Of a DNA stretch of 64,000 bases, positions 56,884 to 64,000 are shown in pieces (position 1 is the first letter of the stretch; each line of letters begins with the position of its first letter). Position numbers and translations under genes: made by a program. The stretch comes from Octopus vulgaris (taxonomy: Eukaryota), in assembly GCA_951406725.2 (NCBI GenBank), contig OX597817.1, positions 172,050,001-172,114,000 on the forward strand, given 5' to 3'. The notes under the pieces are model-generated. The model was not told the DNA's origin. It was given only the letters and a program-made list of their open reading frames with translations, and made no database searches.

Positions 56884-57178
56884 AGAAGACAGAAAATGAA
56901 GAAATATCGATAAACAACAATTGACTTACATCAATTATTATTTATTAATTCAATACAAATAGACTGCATCCCATCTAACAGCTGTTTCTGCCGTTGATAT
57001 GCTAAAATATTTATCATATTTGCTAAAATGTTTTAGCATATCAACGGCAATACCATACAACATTGGAGGCAGAAATAGCAATTAGATGGGATGCAGTATA
57101 TTTGTATTGAATTAATAAATAATAATTAATGCAAGTCATTTGCTTTCCATTCATATTTTTCCATTTTCTGTCCTCTTT
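56884..57178. repeat. Nested inverted repeat
   Basis: Outer arms ..ATTCAATACAAATAGACTGCATCCCATCTAA / TTAGATGGGATGCAGTATATTTGTATTGAAT; inner hairpin TGCCGTTGATATGCTAAAA / TTTTAGCATATCAACGGCA. Confidence 0.9.
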
Positions 57179-58211
57179 AAATTTGGATTCTTAATAAACT
57201 CATGTTTATCCTTGTTTTTACCTATATTTTACGAGCATAATACACTTGCATTTGTATGCCCATACATATATAGTTCATTGATGAGAATCAGGTATTTTCT
57301 ATATACAATACACTTAGTAGTGCTCAAGAGGTTTAAACTTGAGCGGGCAGTGAAGTAAATGTAAGTATAAGCTAGTTAGGCAGGTCACTATACAAAGCGT
57401 ATTAAATATATGAAATACAAAACGTAAGAACACTCCCCTGCAGACGGAGGCTCGTCTCATGCGACGATGAAATCAATCTACAAAGATTATTTCGGAATAC
57501 TGGGCCCCCAGAAACAGCTGTTGGATTTGTAATACTTTTCTTCAACCCATTTAATTCTTGATATGATTTCTATTCTGTGTAAGTCGAATCTTTTTGTATG
57601 TACACATATATACAATTTCCCTATTTCACGTATTTAGCATACTCTGTACATTGACCTGCCTAACTCGTTTATCTTTGCATTTACCTCTATACATATGCGT
57701 TTGTGTGTGTGAGTGTGTGTACGCGCACGCGTGTGTGTGTCTATGTATATATATATATTTACACATTCTGAAAGGCGGCGAGCTGGCAGAAACGTTAGCA
57801 CGCCGGGCGAGATGCGTAGCCGTATTTCGTCTGTCGTTACGTTCCGAGTTCAAATTCCGCCGAGGTCGACTTTGCCTTTCATCTTTTCGGGGTCGATAAA
57901 TTAAGTACCAGTTACGCACTGGGGTCGATGTAATCGACTTAATCCGTTTGCCTGTCCTTCTTTGTCCCCTCTGCGTTTAGCCCCTTGTGGGTAGTAAAGA
58001 AATATATATATATTTACACATACATATATATGTATATTTGTATTTGTGTGTTTGTGTGTGTATGTGTGTGTGAGTGTATATACACATACATATATAATAT
58101 ATATATATATATGTGTGTGTGTGTTGATGTATATGTCAAAATGTGACCGCGTGTGTACCGTTGGCGATTTTTTCCTCCGTCTTCACTTCTTTGGATCTTT
58201 CCTTTTCCTAT

Positions 58212-58246
58212 GTTTCTGACGAAGAGCTCCGCTCGAAACGTTAAAC
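58212..58246 (+). ncRNA. Minimal hammerhead with canonical core in a pseudo-LTR-like repeat (58135-58345)
   Basis: GTTT-CTGACGA-aGAGC(tcc)GCTC-GAAACGTT-AAAC. Confidence 0.85.
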
Positions 58247-58343
58247 CCTCCTTCTTTCCTTCTTTCCTGAGCGTCCATAAACACTATACTCGTTCCACGT
58301 CCTCGCGTTGTTGTGTTTTCTCTTTGTGTTCTCATGTTTGGAT

Positions 58344-58387
<44 letters not shown>

Positions 58388-58388
<1 letters not shown>

Positions 58389-58684
58389 ATCACGTGACCG
58401 ACCAGACCATCAGATGTTGCGACACATTGCTGGTCACAATGCGTTCGCATTGTTTTAGCCTTCGAACGACGCCACCCCGCTAGCTAAGCGAGCAGGCCTA
58501 CAGAAGAAAGAGTGGGAGAAAGAGTCGTGAAAGAGTACAGCAGGGATCACCACACCCTGCCGGAGCCTCGTAGAGCTTTTATGTGTTTTCGCTCAATAAA
58601 CACACACACCAGCCGGTCTGGGAATCGAAACCGCGATCCTCCGACCGCGAGTCCGCTGCCCTAACCACTGGGCCAATGCGCCTC

Positions 58685-58687
<3 letters not shown>
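58388..58687 (-). mobile_element. tRNA-SINE family D with an alternative tail
   Basis: Same head and core as 54640-54951, unrelated 3' tail. Confidence 0.85.
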
Positions 58688-58767
<80 letters not shown>

Positions 58768-58794
58768 GTGTGTGTATATATATATATATATATA

Positions 58795-58835
<41 letters not shown>

Positions 58836-59013
58836 AAAAGGGCTTAGTAAAATAAATTACTTTGCCACATACTGAACTCAATTAATTTTACCCTCAATTG
58901 TTGAAATTATATATATATATATATATATTATCCGGAGTGTACATCATCATATACCCATCACGGCCGATCATACCAGTCGGTTTCATGCTAGTGTTACAGC
59001 GGAGTGTGTGTGT

Positions 59014-59079
<66 letters not shown>

Positions 59080-59233
59080 CGCTAAGATTTTGCTCGGTGT
59101 GCTTACGATTCTGAGCCATAGTAGAGAATAGAATAGATGCGAAGATTTTGAGAACGACATTTCCAAAGATATTTTAACTGTGAGTTTCAAATGTAGAAAT
59201 TTCCTGATAATGAACTTTATGCATTTTATCGAT

Positions 59234-59298
59234 ATTTGACTGATGAAGCTGTAACTGGTATCAACAAGGTCTCAGAAGAAAGACGCGTGCTTTCAGAT
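59234..59298 (+). ncRNA. Type I hammerhead motif, slightly decayed stem II
   Basis: ATTTGA-CTGATGA-agCTG...CAGaa-GAAAG-acgcgtg-CTT-TCAGAT. Confidence 0.6.
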
Positions 59299-59626
59299 TT
59301 TTACCGACAACTATTGATGTGAAAAAAGGTGGAGAGTAAAGGCTTCATGTCTGTTGTCCGCCGACCCACAACCTTTCAAGATCATTAACTTCGATTAATA
59401 TTGATCAATTTTTTTATAACGCTACATGGTCAATTATTGCATAAGAAGACGAGTGGAACCGATTGGATCGATTCTGGCATATTGACTTCTTAGTCTCAAG
59501 TTTGTAGCGTGGCGTAAGTCGTTCCCTTTCTGGTGAAACTGAGTCCGTGATCAAGGTTTGATTCCCTGTATAAGTAGTTTATACTGGAAGCTAATGGACA
59601 TTAAACGAAATAAATTAAATAACTAG

Positions 59627-60010
59627 TTGGAGTGGTTGTGTGATAAGTAGCTTGCTAACCAATCACATGGTTCAGGGTTCAGTCCCACTGCGTGGCACCT
59701 TGGGCAAGTGTCTTCTACTATAGCCTCGGGCCGACCAAAGCCTTGTGAGTGGATTTGGTAGACGGAAACTGAAAGAAGCTCGTCGTATATATATATATAT
59801 GTATGTGTTTGTGTGTCTGTGTTTGTCCCCTTAGCATTGCTTGACGACCGATGCTGGTGTGTTTATGTCCCCGTCACCTAGCGGTTCGGCAAAAGAGACC
59901 GATAGAATAAGTACTGGGCTTACAAAGAATAAGTACCGGGGTCGAGTTGCTCGACTAAAGGCGGTGCTCCAGCATGGCCACAGTCAAATGACTGAAACAA
60001 GTAAAAGAGA
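59627..60010 (+). mobile_element. tRNA-SINE family A, full length
   Basis: GGAGTGGTTGTGTGATAAG head, GGTTCAGTCCC B box, internal (TA)/(TG) tract and GACTGAAACAAGTAAAAGA tail. Confidence 0.9.
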
Positions 60011-60563
60011 AAGAAAGAGAGTTGGAGTTAATTCATTTCGTTTAATGCTCGAGGCATTAATAGGCGCAGGCATGGCTGGATGCTTAAGAAGCTCACTTTG
60101 TAACCACCTGATTTTGGGTTCAGTCTCACTGCATGGTACCTCGGGCAAGTGGCTTCTACCATAACTCTGAGCTGTACAATGTTTGTGAGTGAATTTAGTT
60201 GACAGAAACTGTGTGGAAGCCCGTCGTATATATATGTATGTTTATGTGTGTGTGTGAACCTTTGTGTTTGTGTTTGTTCACTTCATTCATCATTTGGAAA
60301 CCTGTATTTGTTACTTTTACATCCCCGTATCTTAGCAGTTTAGTACAAGAGGTCGATTCAATATGTTCCAAATATAATTAGTGGGAGGGATTTATTCGAC
60401 TAAACGTTTCAAGGCAGTGCTCCAGCGTGACCGCGGTTCAATGACTAAAATAAGTAAACGTAAAAATAAGTAAATAAATAGAAATAGGAATAGCATGAGC
60501 GTCACAACTCGCTTTCATTAAATTCTTGGTACCAATGGTACTATACATTACTGATGGATGAAA

Positions 60564-60777
60564 GTCAAAAGACTTCACTAATGCCCTCTGAGCAACATCA
60601 TACTATATCCAGTGTAAAAATATTTAATCCTTCGCCCCACAAATGGCTTAGTTGATTGGCTGTAGATAGGTCAAAAGACTTCACTAATGCCCTCTGAGCA
60701 ACATCATACTGTATCCAGTGTAAAAGTATTTAATCCTTTACCCCACAAATGGCTTAGTTGATTGGCTGTAGATAGGT
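60564..60777 (+). repeat. Tandem duplication, 106-bp unit x2
   Basis: GTCAAAAGACTTCACTAATG...GGCTGTAGATAG repeated with about 4 substitutions. Confidence 0.95.
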
Positions 60778-61628
60778 GCAACTATGCAGCAAAATTCCTC
60801 GCTATCAAATTAATATGTTTCATTGCCTCGTAGTACTCAGATTTGAATATCTCGAGGATACATCCTTGACTGGAATAGCCTTGGATCTTTGCTTCCTTTG
60901 GAATTTTGCGGCACCTTGTCATATGTTTCGCTACGGGATGGTCTTTCTCACATTGAAGTACTCTTCTAGAAGATTACGGTGGTCTTTGAAAAGCGGAGAA
61001 ACTTTCTAAGTGAGATCCATTTAATACATTTTTTTATAGGGTAGGCAGATAACTAATGGGATACGAATTGTTCATTTGTAAATTATACATATGGTCACTG
61101 AAGCGTGTAAAAGACTAAAAGAGTAAAAGAGTAAAAGAGTAAAAGAAAGTCTCTCTCACTCCCATGTACTGCCCTTTAGTCCTTGACGTCAAATCAGTAT
61201 AAATTTCAGTAAATTCTCAATTATTCACAAAAAACAGATCAGATGTAGGTCAAATTTTAGTCACAATTAAAAAAGAGCATTTGTACCAACATCCTAAAAT
61301 TTCAGCTTCCTCTGTACATGTACATTCCTTTTATTAAAAAAAAAACCATTTGCATAATATCTTCAGACAAGGTGTATATAGGCGCTGGGGTGGCTGTGTG
61401 GTAAAAAGCTTGTTTCCCAATCACATGGTTCCGGGTTGGTTCAGTCCCACTGCGTGGCACTTTGGGAAAATGTCTTCTGCTATAGCCTCGGGCCGACCAA
61501 AGAATTCCGTCGTATATATATGTGTGTGTGTGTGTGTATTTGTGTGTCTGTGTTTGTCGCCCCACCATCGCTCGACAAAAAAGTTATAGTATCCTTCCAG
61601 AGGAATATGGTAGCAAAATTGTTCAGAT

Positions 61629-61773
61629 CAGGCATGGGAAACCTTTTACGATAAGTGGGCCGCATAAGACATAATTCATCATCTGGCAGGCTGCACTATT
61701 AAAAATGTCAAGGTAATTTTCTCTTTGGTGTGTTATTCAGAGAGTCTTGCGGGCGGCAGCTTGTCCATGACAG
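61629..61773. mobile_element. hAT-type MITE
   Basis: CAGGCATGGGAAA ... TTGTCCATGACAG with a degenerate 8-bp TSD GTTCAGAT/GTTTAAAT. Confidence 0.55.
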
Positions 61774-62399
61774 GTTTAAATCATCTCAAAACTGGGCGTG
61801 GTGAGCAGGAACTTAAAACAAAATAAAACAATGGGAATGCTTCTAACGTAGACTTGGTTTTTGGTACGTTTTCAGTGAAAGGGAAAGAAAGAAAGAGAGA
61901 GATAGAGGGGGTGGAGGAAGACAGACAGAGACTTAAATACTGATTGATGCTATCCTTGTTTACAGCCAACCCACGTCCCTTGACAAATATACACCCTGAC
62001 TGACCGACCGATAACCAAACAGCAGACGCTTCTTGGTGCCTTTATGTTGGTAAACCTAAAGGTAATGATGCATGTGTGCGTATACATTTCCTTGTATGTG
62101 TGTCCGTGTGTTTATATGTGTGTACGTGTGTTTGTGTGTGTGTATGTGTGTCCGTCTGTGAGTGTACGTGTGCTTGTGATAAGCCGGTTGCTATGGTTGC
62201 TCAGCCTTTTTTCTAGTAGGCACGCACGCACGTGTATAAGTATGAAGGGGTTTACGTACATAAAAAGCAAGCTAAGTTTGCTCGCACGCGTTTCCGTTTT
62301 AAGTTAGCTTGTTACGTGCGTGTCATGCATGCGTGCGTGCGTGCGTGGGTGAATGCGTACGCACGCTTGTCTGCGAGCGTAAGCGTGTGTTCAAGAATT

Positions 62400-63060
62400 T
62401 TGAATGTATGTATGTATGTATGCATGTATGTGTGTGTATATGTATGTATGTATGTTTGTTTGTATGTATGTATGTATGTATGTATGTGTGTATGTATGTA
62501 GGTATGTATGTATGTATGAATGTATGTATGTATGTATGTATGTATGTATGTATGTATGTATGTATGTTTGTATGTATGTATATATGTATGTATGTATGTA
62601 TGTTTGTATGTATGTATGTACGTACGTACGTACGTATGTATGTATGTTGTATGTATGTATGTATGTATGTATGTATGTATGTGTATGTATGTATGTATGT
62701 ATGTATGTACGTACGTACGTACGTATGTATGTATGTGTATGTATGTATGTATGTATGTATGTATGTATGTATGTATGTATGTATGTATGTATGTATGTAT
62801 GTATGTATGTATGTATGTACGTATGTATGTATGTATGTATGTATGTATGTATGTACGTACGTACGTACGTATGTATGTATGTATGTATGTATGTTTGTAT
62901 GTATGTATGTACGTACGTATGTATGTATGTATGTATGTATGTATGTATGTATGTATGTATGTATGTATGTATGTATGTTGGTATGTGTGTGTACGTATGT
63001 ATGTATCAATGTATGTACGTATGCATGCATGTATGTCTGTATGCACGAATGTACGTAGGT
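62400..63060. repeat. (TATG)n array with TACG variants
   Basis: Read directly from the sequence. Confidence 0.97.
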
Positions 63061-63349
63061 ATGTCATTATTGAGTTTTATTTCAAATTCCCTTGCCTGTT
63101 GGCAAGAGAAAGCGTTGGTTTCTAAACTACATCTGAGACCTCATCATTGGAATTTCAACAACATCATCAGAGTATTTTTGCATATATATGGGCATATATG
63201 CAGTGTTTGAAGTCAGTGCATGAGCAAATTTGTATGTCTTGTTTTATGTATGCATTCTCATGCATAGAGTTGCATGTCTGGACATGTATGAATGTATGTG
63301 TGTATATGTGCATGTATGTGTGTATGTATGCATGTATTTACGTAAGCTT

Positions 63350-64000
63350 GTTAGTTAGTTAGTTAATTTGGCTCAAAAGCAAATAGCAAGGCCATGTAGG
63401 GGGACATGGAGTTAAGTACAGGGTGGTGTTCATGTAAAGAGTTCAGGCCACTTGAGGTCCAGGGAGGCTTTGAACAAAGCGGTCGTCGGCATCTTCACCA
63501 TCTCGTCTGGCAGCTTGTTCCACGGATCCGCAACCCGGACGGAGAAAGTTCCTCTCCTTCGATTGAGATGAAATCGTCGCAGGTAGAGCTTTTCGGAATG
63601 ACCCCGCAGCCGACGCTCTGGAACAGGAGTGAAGAACAGCTCTTTCGAGAGGTTACACTTTCCTCTTATGATGTTGTGGACGAGAATGAGATCACCACGG
63701 CGGCGGTGTTTTTCAAGAGAATAAAGGTCGAGCGTCCTCAGCCTCTCTTCGTAGGACAAATTTTTGAGACCATGAACCATGCGGGTAGCCAGCTTCCTGA
63801 CTATTTCGAGATGCTGTATGTCTTTGAGGAGATAAGGAGAAGAGGCTTGAATCCCATACTCCAATATGGGTCTCACCAGCGTGACATAGAGTGGTAGGAA
63901 TATGGCTGCTGTGAGCATTCCGAATGACCGTCGAATCAAGAACAGAATTCCGCGTGCTTTGTTGGCAGCATGGACGCACTGGGCCGAAGGCGAAAAGGAG
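63350..64000 (-). mobile_element. CR1-type LINE 3' end (runs off the window)
   Basis: LVRPILEYG..LSYEERL..L.SLE..RRRGDLI..RGH..FSVRV..WNKLP; (CTAA)n tail at 63350-63365. Confidence 0.92.

Noticed and set aside
63350-63365. Telomere-like (TTAG)n
   Set aside because: It is the short tandem tail of the adjacent CR1-type LINE, not TTAGGG.

Overview
Repeat-saturated, AT-rich animal genomic DNA. The SINE families and microsatellite density suggest an octopus/coleoid cephalopod (inference). No host protein-coding gene can be supported, and most listed ORFs are translated microsatellites. The real coding content is transposon-derived: one apparently intact IR/DR-type Tc1 (DD34E) element with a decayed sibling, a decayed Chapaev3-like element, mariner and maT (DD37D) relics, several R4/Dong-type LINE pieces in (TAA)n tracts, Penelope-like (RT + GIY-YIG) relics, CR1/L2-group and RTE 3' ends, a solo LTR, Helitron-like and MITE elements, and many tRNA-SINEs. 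The main hidden signal is about 20 minimal type I hammerhead-ribozyme motifs, intact or decayed, from roughly ten unrelated short elements. Most lie in (TA)n tracts and many are in fold-back arrangements. They include non-canonical cores (CUGUNGA, UUGAAAA, CCGAUGA) and one element that joins a tRNA-derived head, an (AAT)n spacer and a hammerhead. All calls are by eye; boundaries are approximate unless a TSD or TIR is quoted.
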